Source: an uncultured Pelagibacteraceae bacterium (GTDB lineage Bacteria; Pseudomonadota; Alphaproteobacteria; Pelagibacterales; Pelagibacteraceae). Taken from it: 64,000 nt of DNA. The DNA is taken from NCBI GenBank assembly GCA_902537665.1, contig CACBCE010000006.1, forward strand, positions 152 through 64,151, read 5' to 3'. The notes beneath the pieces were generated by a model. The model did no database searches. It was not told where the DNA came from and saw only the letters and a list, made by a program, of their open reading frames with translations. Positions within the stretch are counted from its first letter, which is position 1. Every line of letters begins with the position of its first letter. A program made the translations under genes and the position numbers. This document shows, piece after piece, positions 48,338 to 58,294 of this stretch.

Positions 48338-50491
48338 TTAATCAATACCTAAATGTTTTTTTCTTTTTTGGACATAGGCTCTAATTAAATTATCAAAAAT
48401 TAAAGCTATGAAAGCTACACAGATACCAAGTGTTAATCCAATTCCAGCACCTTTTTTGTCAGATAATGCTTTTAATATATATTGTCCTAAATCTTCTGTT
48501 CCAATAAATGCCCCGATAATTACCATGAATAAAGCAAAAACAATTGTTTGATTTATACCAAGCATCATATGTGGGAACGCCAAAGGAAATTCAATTTTAG
48601 TCAATCTTTGAAATTTATTTACACCCGACATGGTTGCAGCATCATGTAGACCAGCTGGAACACTTCTTAGTCCCTCAATTGTATATCTTGTAGCAGGTAT
48701 CGTTGCATAAACTATAACTGCAATAAGTACAGATGTATCTGTAATACCAAATAACATCATTACTGGAATTAAATATACAAAAGATGGGAATGTTTGAAAA
48801 ATATCGCAAACGCCCAGCATAAAGTTTGCTGAATGTTTATTTTGGAAACACAAAGTTCCTACTGTAAATCCAATGATACAAGAAACAACAACTCCAAAAG
48901 TTGCCATATATGCCGTAACTAAAGCTCTATCCCACCAGGGGCTGAATGCAATAAAAAGTGTCAAAGCACAAACTACCAATGCTGAACGTAAGCCACCAAT
49001 TAAATATCCTGCTCCAACAACTAAAACTATTGTAGCGATTGCAGGCATTCTTAGATACAATGCTCTCATTGGCTGAAGTACATCTTGTATCAACCATGTA
49101 TTGAACGCTTTAATATAAACAAAGAATGTCTCAAAAATCCAATCTACTCCTTTATTCCAAAAATCAGCAGTTGATATTCCTTTGTTATGTGGAATTTCAA
49201 ATAAATAATTGAAAGTATCTTTAAATAAAAAAGTTCCAATGTAAGCTAAGATTATTCCAACAACAAATATAACCCCAAAAAATAAAAGATTTTTGTTTCT
49301 TTGATAGAAGGTAAGATTACCAAAATAATCTGTTTGTTTATTTGCCCAAGCTAAAGACATTTTATCTAAAAGAATTGCAATTAAACTGATACATAAGCCA
49401 GCCTCTAAAGCTAATCCAATATTTAATTGGTTTAGAGCTAACAATAAATTAAACCCCAAACCTTTTGCTCCAATAAATGCTGAGATAACTGCCATCGAAA
49501 AACACACCATGATGACTTGATTAACTCCAATTAAAATATCTCTCCTTGCAGTTGGAATTAATACTTTAAACATTAATTGAAAATTATTACATCCGCTCAT
49601 CCTTCCAGCCTCAATTACCTCTGGGGGCACTGCTCTTAGACCTAAAAGAGTTAATAATATCATCGGTGGTATTGCTACAACCATAGTAATAATCACAGCA
49701 GCATGGTCACCTACTCCAAAAAGAACTAATGCTGGAACTAATACAGCATATTGTGGCATCGTTTGCATCACTAGCAATATTGGATATAAAGCTTTTTCTA
49801 CACGTTTACTTTTAAAAGCTGCAATTCCTAATCCAAGTCCAAAAATAAAAGATAAAGGAGCAGCGACTAATATAAATGAAAGAGTTTGCATGGAAGGTTT
49901 CCATTGACCAAACACAGAAATGTAAACCATAGTTAAGCCTGCAAACAAAGCTAGACCTTTCCCGCTTAATTTATAAGAAAGTAATGCTGCACCTGCTGCA
50001 ACAATAGTCCAAGGTAATCCTGGTAATTCAGCCCATGGGTTTTTGTCTATCCAATCCCAACTGGTGAAGGCAACAATAGTTTCGAGACCTCCCAATAAAA
50101 TCTCTCTTATTAATTCTATTAAAAAAGTCATAAAAGCAGTCAAATTTCTACTAATTTGTAAAACTATAGGCCGACTTTTAAATTCTTGAGTATCTTCATT
50201 CCAAACTTCAATTGGCATCCATTCGTTCATTAAGAAAAACAACGAGTCATTAATCCAGATGGGTAACCATCCAAGCAATGGAGGCAATCTCCAAAAGACA
50301 TCAAAAGCGTAATATCTTACCTCTTTACCTAAAAATACATAACTACTTTGATTGGGATCTTTAACAAATTCTGCTTGACCCCTGATAAACTTATATGTTT
50401 CAGGAACATCAATCGCAAAGCATAAAGCAAAGAATACAATTAATAAAAATAACCACTGAAAAGTTTTCGGATATTTCTTTAAAAATTCCAT
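48338..50491 (-). CDS. tmoV: TMAO ABC transporter permease (duplicated ProW-type)
   Basis: Two permease halves (QTMPQYAVL / QTFPSFVYL; AFIGAKGLG / AFIGTEDLG). Confidence 0.85.
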   Translation of the reverse strand: MEFLKKYPKTFQWLFLLIVFFALCFAIDVPETYKFIRGQAEFVKDPNQSSYVFLGKEVRYYAFDVFWRLPPLLGWLPIWINDSLFFLMNEWMPIEVWNEDTQEFKSRPIVLQISRNLTAFMTFLIELIREILLGGLETIVAFTSWDWIDKNPWAELPGLPWTIVAAGAALLSYKLSGKGLALFAGLTMVYISVFGQWKPSMQTLSFILVAAPLSFIFGLGLGIAAFKSKRVEKALYPILLVMQTMPQYAVLVPALVLFGVGDHAAVIITMVVAIPPMILLTLLGLRAVPPEVIEAGRMSGCNNFQLMFKVLIPTARRDILIGVNQVIMVCFSMAVISAFIGAKGLGFNLLLALNQLNIGLALEAGLCISLIAILLDKMSLAWANKQTDYFGNLTFYQRNKNLLFFGVIFVVGIILAYIGTFLFKDTFNYLFEIPHNKGISTADFWNKGVDWIFETFFVYIKAFNTWLIQDVLQPMRALYLRMPAIATIVLVVGAGYLIGGLRSALVVCALTLFIAFSPWWDRALVTAYMATFGVVVSCIIGFTVGTLCFQNKHSANFMLGVCDIFQTFPSFVYLIPVMMLFGITDTSVLIAVIVYATIPATRYTIEGLRSVPAGLHDAATMSGVNKFQRLTKIEFPLAFPHMMLGINQTIVFALFMVIIGAFIGTEDLGQYILKALSDKKGAGIGLTLGICVAFIALIFDNLIRAYVQKRKKHLGID

Positions 50492-50494
50492 AAT

Positions 50495-51532
50495 TTAATT
50501 ATTATTTTTTCTTCCCCCAAAGACAGTATTGATTATTTTTGTTGGATTGATAGAGCCTATAATTTCATTATTGTTATCAATTACAGCGACTATTTTTTCC
50601 TGTGTAAGAATTTTTTCTGCAACATTCTCTATAATTTCATTTTTAGAGACTTTTAAATCACCTAAATTATCTTTCGATGTATCCATAACATCCTTAATCA
50701 ATAAAACTTTTTCTCTCGGCACTTCTTCTGTAAATTTTCTAACATATTCAGTGGCTGGATTTAAAACAATATTAGCTGGTGTATCTAACTGCTCAATAAT
50801 TCCATCTTTCATAATTGCAATTCTGTCAGCAAGTTTTAAAGCCTCATCAAAATCATGTGTAATAAACATAATTGATTTTTGTAACTTATCTTGAAGTCTT
50901 AAAAACTCATCTTGCATCTCTTTTCTAATTAATGGATCCAAAGCTGAAAAAGGCTCATCTAAAAACCAAATATCTGGCTCAACTGCTAAAGATCTTGCTA
51001 TACCTACTCTTTGTTGTTGCCCTCCTGAAAGTTCCCTAGGAAAATAATTTTCTCTACCTTCGAGTCCAACTAACTTTACCATATCCATTGCTTTATTTAT
51101 GCTGTCCTCAGTTTTGATCCCTTTAATCTGGAGAGGAAATGCAATGTTCTCAACAACAGTTTTGTGTGGAAGTAAAGCAAAACTTTGAAAAACCATTCCC
51201 ATTTTATTTCTTCTCAGATCTATTAGATCTTTATTATTTAATTGTAATAAGTCCTGGCCCTCTATGAAAATTTTACCACCTGTTGCATCAGTCAATCTTG
51301 AGATACATCTTAACAAAGTTGATTTACCTGAGCCAGATAAACCCATAACGACTAACATTTCTCCTTTTGCAACTTCAAAAGAAGCATTGTTCACCCCAAC
51401 TATACAACCATTTTCTTGAAAAACTTTAGCATCAACATTTCCATTTGAGTCTTGAAGCATCTTCTGAGCATTTGCTCCAAAAATTTTATATACGTTTTCA
51501 CATTTGATTACTGGCTCAGACATAAATTTCAA
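50495..51532 (-). CDS. tmoW: TMAO ABC transporter ATPase (ProV-type)
   Basis: GLSGSGKSTL, LSGGQQQRVG, DEPFSALDPLIR. Confidence 0.88.
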   Translation of the reverse strand: MKFMSEPVIKCENVYKIFGANAQKMLQDSNGNVDAKVFQENGCIVGVNNASFEVAKGEMLVVMGLSGSGKSTLLRCISRLTDATGGKIFIEGQDLLQLNNKDLIDLRRNKMGMVFQSFALLPHKTVVENIAFPLQIKGIKTEDSINKAMDMVKLVGLEGRENYFPRELSGGQQQRVGIARSLAVEPDIWFLDEPFSALDPLIRKEMQDEFLRLQDKLQKSIMFITHDFDEALKLADRIAIMKDGIIEQLDTPANIVLNPATEYVRKFTEEVPREKVLLIKDVMDTSKDNLGDLKVSKNEIIENVAEKILTQEKIVAVIDNNNEIIGSINPTKIINTVFGGRKNNN

Positions 51533-51586
51533 TTAAGTTATATGAAATTAGAATAAAATTAAATCCATAATATTGTTACTTCCCCC

Positions 51587-52138
51587 TTAAAAATTTTTAA
51601 TATAATAAACCCTTGTATCTATTCCGGTGCTTAGAAAACTTAATGCTTCACCACTGACAGTAATTGACTCGTCAACTCCAACATTATTTCCACTCACTGT
51701 AAAGCCTGCAAAACACTTATTTTTCTCTTCATCCCACTTAACAAAAGTTTCATCTATTTTGTTACCATTAATTGTGTAAATTTCATGCGCTCTAAAATTT
51801 AAGAAGTTTGCCCCCATAATCGCACGTTGTGGAATTAATTTTGTAGCTTTACAAACTTGCTCATAAACTTCGTCTGTTAATCTGAAGTGATCTGTGCCAT
51901 CAAAAGTTACCAGTATTCCTGAGGGTAATTTAGAAATTAATTCACTTAATTTCTTTTCTTGAGCAATCCTCTCTTCTTCTAATTTCATTTTTCTAACAAG
52001 TTCATCGCCACCACCAAACATTATGTTAAGAACAAAAAATGAAAATGATATTATTAGAATTATTAGCACCAAGCCACCAAACTGTTTTGTAGTCTCAGGT
52101 AAATATTTTATTTTACTTAAAAAATTTTCTTTTGACAT
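51587..52138 (-). CDS. membrane-anchored hypothetical protein
   Basis: Single TM, coiled segment, two Cys. Confidence 0.7.
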   Translation of the reverse strand: MSKENFLSKIKYLPETTKQFGGLVLIILIISFSFFVLNIMFGGGDELVRKMKLEEERIAQEKKLSELISKLPSGILVTFDGTDHFRLTDEVYEQVCKATKLIPQRAIMGANFLNFRAHEIYTINGNKIDETFVKWDEEKNKCFAGFTVSGNNVGVDESITVSGEALSFLSTGIDTRVYYIKNF

Positions 52139-52516
52139 TTATTCTTGTAACTTTCCATTTTTCCATATCCCTGTTTTTTTAGTGCCATCAGACCAAGTAA
52201 AAGTTCCCTTGCCATTCATGAAACCTTTTGCCCATTCACCTTCATAAGTTGAACCATCAGGAAAAGTTAAAACACCCACCCCACTCCATTCGCTATTTTT
52301 AAACTCACCTTTGTAAATATATCCATTGGGCCAAGTTTCAATTCCTTGTCCGTTTTTCTTAGTACCTACCCACTCACCTTCATAGGTAGTTTTATCTGTG
52401 TAAACCCATTTACCAAAACCGTTTTCACAATTTCCTTCTTTGCATCCTGTGCTTCGCGCTATTACAACCGTGCTGATAAATAAACTTAAAATTATTGTTA
52501 AGAGGTATTTTTTCAT
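52139..52516 (-). CDS. exported MORN-repeat protein
   Basis: Signal peptide, GCKEGNCENG, repeated YEGEW..G.K.G.G units. Confidence 0.9.
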   Translation of the reverse strand: MKKYLLTIILSLFISTVVIARSTGCKEGNCENGFGKWVYTDKTTYEGEWVGTKKNGQGIETWPNGYIYKGEFKNSEWSGVGVLTFPDGSTYEGEWAKGFMNGKGTFTWSDGTKKTGIWKNGKLQE

Positions 52517-52550
52517 AATGATATTTTACACAAAATTATTTAAAAAAAAA

Positions 52551-53012
52551 TTATACTTTTTTGTCATCTTTGTTACATGAATAAATAAAAATATATTTTT
52601 CAGAGTTTTCACTTTTTATATTTTTCGTTATTTCATGAATTAATTCACCTGTTTTAATTGTAATAATACCTGACTCAGAATAATTTTTTTCTTGATCAAT
52701 TGATTTAAATAAAACCACATCTTTATTGACTACTTTGACATTAAGTTTTGATGAAACTGAGAGAAATGATGATAATCCTTTGATAAAAAGTGTTTCTGGT
52801 TTTTTTGATAAAATTTTAAAACTATCTAAACCCTTTTCATTTAAATCTTTAGCTAAAAAAGTTTGATAATTATATTCTGAATTCTTAATTATTTTTTTTT
52901 CTAAATCACAGACAAATTCGAGATCAATGTTTTCATTTATACTAACATCTTTTGCTGAAGTTTGATTAAAAAATATCAGACTTAAGAATATAGTAAAAAA
53001 ATATTTGATCAT
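52551..53012 (-). CDS. exported hypothetical protein
   Basis: Signal peptide, terminal Cys pair. Confidence 0.65.
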   Translation of the reverse strand: MIKYFFTIFLSLIFFNQTSAKDVSINENIDLEFVCDLEKKIIKNSEYNYQTFLAKDLNEKGLDSFKILSKKPETLFIKGLSSFLSVSSKLNVKVVNKDVVLFKSIDQEKNYSESGIITIKTGELIHEITKNIKSENSEKYIFIYSCNKDDKKV

Positions 53013-53024
53013 TTAGATTTATTT

Positions 53025-53061
53025 AAAAAAAAATCTCCCCCAACACTGTTGGGAGAGATTT
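53025..53061 (-). terminator. intrinsic terminator after tmoX
   Basis: Minus strand AAATCTCTCCCAAC-AGT-GTTGGGGAGATTT followed by long T run. Confidence 0.85.
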
Positions 53062-53083
53062 AAAGATTTAGTTGCTATTTACC

Positions 53084-54028
53084 TTATTTAGTAAAAGCTT
53101 TCCAAACTTTCTCGTTATCTTTTAGCCATTTTTTAGCTGCATCTTCGTGAGTCATTTTATCAATGTCTACTAAAGCTGCCATTGCTCCAATTTGACTTGT
53201 TGAGAAAGAAAGTTTTTTAAACATCTTAGCTGCATCTGGATGAGTTTTCGGAAAATCAGCGTTAACTGCTTTTTTCAAATAACCATCTGGCGAACCACAT
53301 TTTCCATCTCCACCATCTTCAGGTCTGCAACCTGCAGTGTACGGAGGAAAGTCGATAAATGTAAAACCAGCACCATCAGTAAAGTTTGGTGTCCAGTTAA
53401 AGATAATTGTTCCTCTTCCTTCTTTTTCAGCTGCTGCTAACTCTGCCCAAAGTGCGTCTGCACTTCCAGCAAATTTAACCCACCAAAGATCTCCTAGACC
53501 TAAAGCGTCAACTCTTTGAGGGATTAAGTCACCGTGCCAAGTTTGTGGACCTTCTAACATTCTTCCTTTTCCATTCGGAGAGTCAGGTGTTGTAAAGTTT
53601 TTAGCACAGTCTGGGTTTTTCAAAGCAGTCCAGTCTGGTAATCCTGGGCATAAACCTTTTTCAGCAACCCAATTAGGATATCCCATATCCTCTAGAGTTC
53701 TAGCTTCATGATCACCCCAGTCAAGTAAACCACCTTTATCTAAAGCTGTTGTAAATGATTTACCAAAAGCAGATTCCCATACCTCGTGAGAGATAGTTAC
53801 GTCACCAATTCTAATTGACTCGTAAACTGCTTGTGAGTCAGCATTTACGTATTTAACGTTATTACCCATGCTTTCCATTATTCCACCAATAACGTAAGCC
53901 ATTACAATTTGACTTGACCAGTTATGAGTTGGGATAACGATGGGTTTTTTGCTATCTGCATTTGATAAACTAGCAAAACTTACTGCTGAGATTATAACTG
54001 CAGAAATTAAAGATATTATTTTTCGCAT
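53084..54028 (-). CDS. tmoX: TMAO-binding periplasmic protein
   Basis: Signal peptide, HNWSSQI, HEVWESAF, CPGLPDW, FNWTPNF; divergent from tdm. Confidence 0.88.
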   Translation of the reverse strand: MRKIISLISAVIISAVSFASLSNADSKKPIVIPTHNWSSQIVMAYVIGGIMESMGNNVKYVNADSQAVYESIRIGDVTISHEVWESAFGKSFTTALDKGGLLDWGDHEARTLEDMGYPNWVAEKGLCPGLPDWTALKNPDCAKNFTTPDSPNGKGRMLEGPQTWHGDLIPQRVDALGLGDLWWVKFAGSADALWAELAAAEKEGRGTIIFNWTPNFTDGAGFTFIDFPPYTAGCRPEDGGDGKCGSPDGYLKKAVNADFPKTHPDAAKMFKKLSFSTSQIGAMAALVDIDKMTHEDAAKKWLKDNEKVWKAFTK

Positions 54029-54128
54029 TTATTCCCCTTTCTTAATATTAAGTGCTTTGAGTATGTGCCTAAGTAAAATGATAGTCAACTACAAGATTTA
54101 TATATATTATGTAGAAAGATTTATAAAA

Positions 54129-56468
54129 ATGTCGCAAACTACTTTAGATATTAAAGAGCCTGGTTTAAATGTTTTACCACCTGGAGTTGAAAGACATGTC
54201 GTTAACGCTGGTGGTCTAACGGGTTTGCAAATATTTCCAGATGATGAAATAGAAATCATTAATGAGGAAGGAAATCAAATTTGTGAAATCATTTGTTTTG
54301 ATAAAGATGGAAAATCTGAACTTGGAATTTTAAATCAAAAAGAAAATTGTAAAAAAAGTTTTATTAAAGAGTTATTAAAAGGTAAAGATGAAAGCTCTTT
54401 AATTACAAACCTACAGTTAAAAAAAAGAAATTTAAATATTAATAAATCTAAATCATCAATTTTGTTTGATGAACAAACTCCAAGTGGTGAAAAAATTAAG
54501 ATAAAATCTAAAGATAAATGTTACGTTATTTTTGCAGCGCCACAAAACAATATGCTGGTATCTAAGCAAAATCCTTCAAGCGACTTAACGTTATTCATTA
54601 AAAGATATAAAATAGTTAATGACAAAGAATTATCAATAATTCCTGATCCTGTTTATGAGCCAAATTATGAGGAAAATATTGAAAGACAAACTGCAATTTC
54701 ATTTGAAGTTAAAGAGGGAGATTTTATTCAAGTAATTAGTCCAGCTGGAAGACAATGTTCTGATTTTGTGGCGTTCGACACAAAAAAACTTGATAAGAAA
54801 GTTGAAAAAGGTCTTGATTGGCAAACAACGAGAACTTTTATGGGAAATACTTTTCCAGGTCCTGGTTTATTTTCAAAATTTTACGACACCGATCATGAAC
54901 CATTAGTTGAAGTCATAAGAGATACTGTTGGAAAACATGATACATTTAATCTAGCTTGTACCTCAAAATATTATGAAGACGCTGGTTATTTTGGTCATCC
55001 TAATTGCTCTGAAAACTTAAATAATGCAATGGCAAAATATGGTGTTCAGAAACAAAAAGGATGGCAAGCTATCAATTTATTTTTCAATACTTCAGCAACA
55101 GGTTTAAATTCAGTAATTTCAGACGAGTCATATGCAAGACCTGGGGATTATGTAATGTTCAGAGCTTTAAAAGATTTAACAATTGGGACAACAGCTTGTC
55201 CTAGTGATATCGATGCGTGTAATTCGTGGAATCCAACAGATATTTTTGTTAGAACCTATGATAAAAAAAAAGAATTTTCAAAATCCTTTGCGTTTAGAAT
55301 GAAAACCGACTCTGAAAAAAAGCTTACTAGAAACTCTGGCTTCCACGAAAAAACATCTAAGCTTACTAGAAATTTTATAGATGCTAGAGGTTTTTGGTTA
55401 CCTAATGATTATACCAAGCATGGAGTTGTTGAGGAGTACAATGCTTGTAGAGAAAAAGCAGTTCTAATTGATTTATCTGCTTTAAGGAAATTTGAAATTA
55501 TAGGTCCTGATGCTGAGGAATTGATGAATTACACATTGACTAGAAATATTAAAAAACTTGCTGTTGGCCAAGTTGTTTACTCTGCGATGTGTTATGAAAA
55601 CGGAATGATGTTTGATGATGGTACATTATTGAGATTAAGTGAAACTGGTTTTAGATGGATTTGTGGAGACGAATATGGTGGTGAATGGCTCAAAGAGGTA
55701 GCTAAAAAGAAAAACTTTAAAGTCAATGTAAAAAATTCAACAGATCAAATTAGTAACGTATCAATACAAGGTCCAAAAAGTAGAGAGATATTAAAAAAAA
55801 TGATTTTTACTCCACCAACACAACCATCTATAGATGAACTGGAATGGTTCAGATTTACTATTTGTAGAATTGAAAACCTTCAAGGTATTCCATTGATTGT
55901 TTCAAGAACAGGATATACTGGCGAACTTGGTTATGAAGTATGGTGTCATCCAAGTCATGCTTCTGAAGTTTGGGATAAACTTATGGAAGCTGGAAAAAAT
56001 GAAGGCTTAATTCCTGCTGGATTTGCAGCTTTAGACAAGCTTAGAATTGAAGCTGGTTTAATTTTATTTGGTAATGAATTTGATGGTCAACAAGATCCTT
56101 TTGAGGCTGGAATAGGTTTTGCTGTTCCATTAAAAACTAAAGAAGAAGATTTTATTGGTAAAGAGGTTTTGAAAGAAAGAAAAGCAAATCCTCAAAAAAA
56201 ACTTGTGGGTTTAGAACTTATTGGAAAAGAGGCAGCTGGACATGGTGATTGCGTGCACGTTGGAAGATCTCAAGTAGGTGTGATAACTAGCGGTTGTTTA
56301 TCCACGACTTTAAATAAAAATATAGCTTTATGTAGAATCGATACTCAGTACTCAAGTGAAGGGACTGAAGTTGAGGTTGGTAAAATTGATGGTCATCAAA
56401 AAAGAATTGCTGCAAAAGTAGTTGGGTTTCCGCATTTCGATCCGAAGAAAACAAGAGTCAGATCCTAA
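54129..56468 (+). CDS. tdm: TMAO demethylase (DUF1989 + GcvT domains)
   Basis: Likely start MSQTTLDIKEPG; GRQCSDF, HDTFNLAC, HPNCSENLN, ACPSDID Cys ligands; C-terminal RTGYTGELGYE. Confidence 0.92.
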   Translation: MSQTTLDIKEPGLNVLPPGVERHVVNAGGLTGLQIFPDDEIEIINEEGNQICEIICFDKDGKSELGILNQKENCKKSFIKELLKGKDESSLITNLQLKKRNLNINKSKSSILFDEQTPSGEKIKIKSKDKCYVIFAAPQNNMLVSKQNPSSDLTLFIKRYKIVNDKELSIIPDPVYEPNYEENIERQTAISFEVKEGDFIQVISPAGRQCSDFVAFDTKKLDKKVEKGLDWQTTRTFMGNTFPGPGLFSKFYDTDHEPLVEVIRDTVGKHDTFNLACTSKYYEDAGYFGHPNCSENLNNAMAKYGVQKQKGWQAINLFFNTSATGLNSVISDESYARPGDYVMFRALKDLTIGTTACPSDIDACNSWNPTDIFVRTYDKKKEFSKSFAFRMKTDSEKKLTRNSGFHEKTSKLTRNFIDARGFWLPNDYTKHGVVEEYNACREKAVLIDLSALRKFEIIGPDAEELMNYTLTRNIKKLAVGQVVYSAMCYENGMMFDDGTLLRLSETGFRWICGDEYGGEWLKEVAKKKNFKVNVKNSTDQISNVSIQGPKSREILKKMIFTPPTQPSIDELEWFRFTICRIENLQGIPLIVSRTGYTGELGYEVWCHPSHASEVWDKLMEAGKNEGLIPAGFAALDKLRIEAGLILFGNEFDGQQDPFEAGIGFAVPLKTKEEDFIGKEVLKERKANPQKKLVGLELIGKEAAGHGDCVHVGRSQVGVITSGCLSTTLNKNIALCRIDTQYSSEGTEVEVGKIDGHQKRIAAKVVGFPHFDPKKTRVRS

Positions 56469-56818
56469 TGCCAAAATCAGCGAAGGATTTATTGGAATTT
56501 TGGGAAGATCAGATGAAACTTTCTCATACTTCAAGTAATTACTTTTTTAGAAAATCACCTTCACATTATCATATGATGCTTTTAGTGATGCATGCGTATA
56601 AATATAAAGAAAATCTTACTGTTGAGGAACTTAAGACTAAACTATTTAAAACTTCACGTCCAAAGTCAGCTTTGATGATAAATGAGGCTTGTGAAAAAGG
56701 TTTTTTCTTTTTAGAAAAAACCTCAAATGATCAAAGAAAAAAGCACATTAAACCAAGTGAAAATTTTATTAACGAGTTCAATAATTATATTGAAACACTA
56801 AAACATCTAAGTTTTTAA
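56468..56818 (+). CDS. putative winged-helix (MarR-like) protein
   Basis: 116 aa, SRPKSALMINEACEKGF helix, DQRKKHIKP wing; TAATG coupling to tdm. Confidence 0.6.
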   Translation: MPKSAKDLLEFWEDQMKLSHTSSNYFFRKSPSHYHMMLLVMHAYKYKENLTVEELKTKLFKTSRPKSALMINEACEKGFFFLEKTSNDQRKKHIKPSENFINEFNNYIETLKHLSF

Positions 56819-56898
56819 TATTTATACATGTTTTACTTATATTTTTTATATATATAAAAAACTATATATTTAAGTCGCACGAAAAATAGAGTTTGTAT

Positions 56899-58224
56899 AT
56901 GTCATTACCGACAAAAGCAAAAGTAGTAATAATCGGTGGGGGTATCCACGGTTTAAGTACTGCTTGGAAATTATCTGAAACTCATAAAAATCCTGGTGAC
57001 ATTGTAGTGCTTGAAAAAAAAGACACTGCTGCTGGAGCAAGTGGAATTGCATGTGGAGTAGTTAGAAATAATTATTTTCAACCAGCAATGAGAGAATTGA
57101 TGGCCCACTCGGTTTCTGTTTGGGAAAGTGATCCAAAAGCATTTAAATATAATCCAGTTGGTTATTTACAAATATCACCTGAGGTTATGCATGAAGACGT
57201 TGCAAGTATTTATGAGCAACAAAAAGCAATTGGCTATGAGTCTGATTTTATAGAAGGTGAAAAGGATTGTATGAAATACATGAAGGGGATGTTTGATGAC
57301 TGGCAAGCTAAAGGTATAACTTCAATTCTTCATGAAAAAAAGGGTGGATATGCATTTAATAAAGACTCTATTAAAGCTTTAGAAAATAAATCTACTTCTA
57401 ATGGTGTTCAAGTGATGAAGGGGGTAAAAGTTACAGGATTTAAAAGAGGAAGTAATAGTAAGGCAGTTACAGGAGTTGAAACAGATAAAGGCACAATCGA
57501 TTGTGAGCAAGTAGTAATTGGAGCAGGACCTTGGGCTAGAGATTTTTGGAATATGCTTGAACTTCCTAAAACAGCAAACATTAAAGGTAAAGATGGTAAA
57601 ATGCATGTAACTGACATGTGGACTTACTGGATGCTCCAGGAAGGAGTTATTGGTGTAGAACCAGATTATTTAAAAACAAATGACGGAAAACAACCACCTG
57701 TGGTTCACGTAGACTCAACTGCACCATTATATTCTGATAAAACAAAGAAATTAATTACAGATAAAATTTGGGGAATTTATTATAAACCTGATATTGAAGG
57801 CTTAGGAGTTCAAGGTGGAACATCTCCTTACATTGTTAAAAAACATTTTGATCAGGTAAATGTTGATCCTTATGGAATTGAGTCTCCAGAATATCAGACT
57901 ACAGATGCATTTAGTGATATGTGGTGCTCTGCTTTGGCACATTGCCAAAAAAGATTTGAAGGAAAATCTGATTTATATAGAAAAGGTCCATCAGGTGGTC
58001 TTGGATGCATGACACCAGACTCATTTCCAATCTTTGATAGATTTTTTGAAAACGTATACATGATTGCTGATGCTAACCACGGATATAAAATGATTGGTGT
58101 TGGTGAACTTGTAGCCAAAGAAATTCTTGGTGCTGAAAGTGATTTATTAAAACCGTTTAGATTCAACCGTTACGAGAAGGGTGAACTTCACCCTACTTCG
58201 AACAGTCCGTTTCCTTGGAGTTAA
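56899..58224 (+). CDS. FAD-dependent amine oxidoreductase (DAO/sarcosine oxidase-beta-like), substrate unknown
   Basis: VVIIGGGIHG, GASGIACGVVR, TPDSFPI, HGYKM. Confidence 0.85.
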   Translation: MSLPTKAKVVIIGGGIHGLSTAWKLSETHKNPGDIVVLEKKDTAAGASGIACGVVRNNYFQPAMRELMAHSVSVWESDPKAFKYNPVGYLQISPEVMHEDVASIYEQQKAIGYESDFIEGEKDCMKYMKGMFDDWQAKGITSILHEKKGGYAFNKDSIKALENKSTSNGVQVMKGVKVTGFKRGSNSKAVTGVETDKGTIDCEQVVIGAGPWARDFWNMLELPKTANIKGKDGKMHVTDMWTYWMLQEGVIGVEPDYLKTNDGKQPPVVHVDSTAPLYSDKTKKLITDKIWGIYYKPDIEGLGVQGGTSPYIVKKHFDQVNVDPYGIESPEYQTTDAFSDMWCSALAHCQKRFEGKSDLYRKGPSGGLGCMTPDSFPIFDRFFENVYMIADANHGYKMIGVGELVAKEILGAESDLLKPFRFNRYEKGELHPTSNSPFPWS

Positions 58225-58294
58225 ACTCTTAGCCTAGACACTAATAAATTTTTCAGTTACGCTTGAATAAAATTATAATTCATTGAGGGGAAAA

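Noticed and set aside
52139-52460. Periodic sequence suggesting a DNA repeat array or CRISPR
   Set aside because: Explained by protein-level MORN repeats; no identical repeats with spacers
53940-54128. N-terminal 63 aa of the 842-aa tdm ORF overlapping tmoX
   Set aside because: Antisense to the tmoX start; Tdm-like sequence begins at ATG 54129
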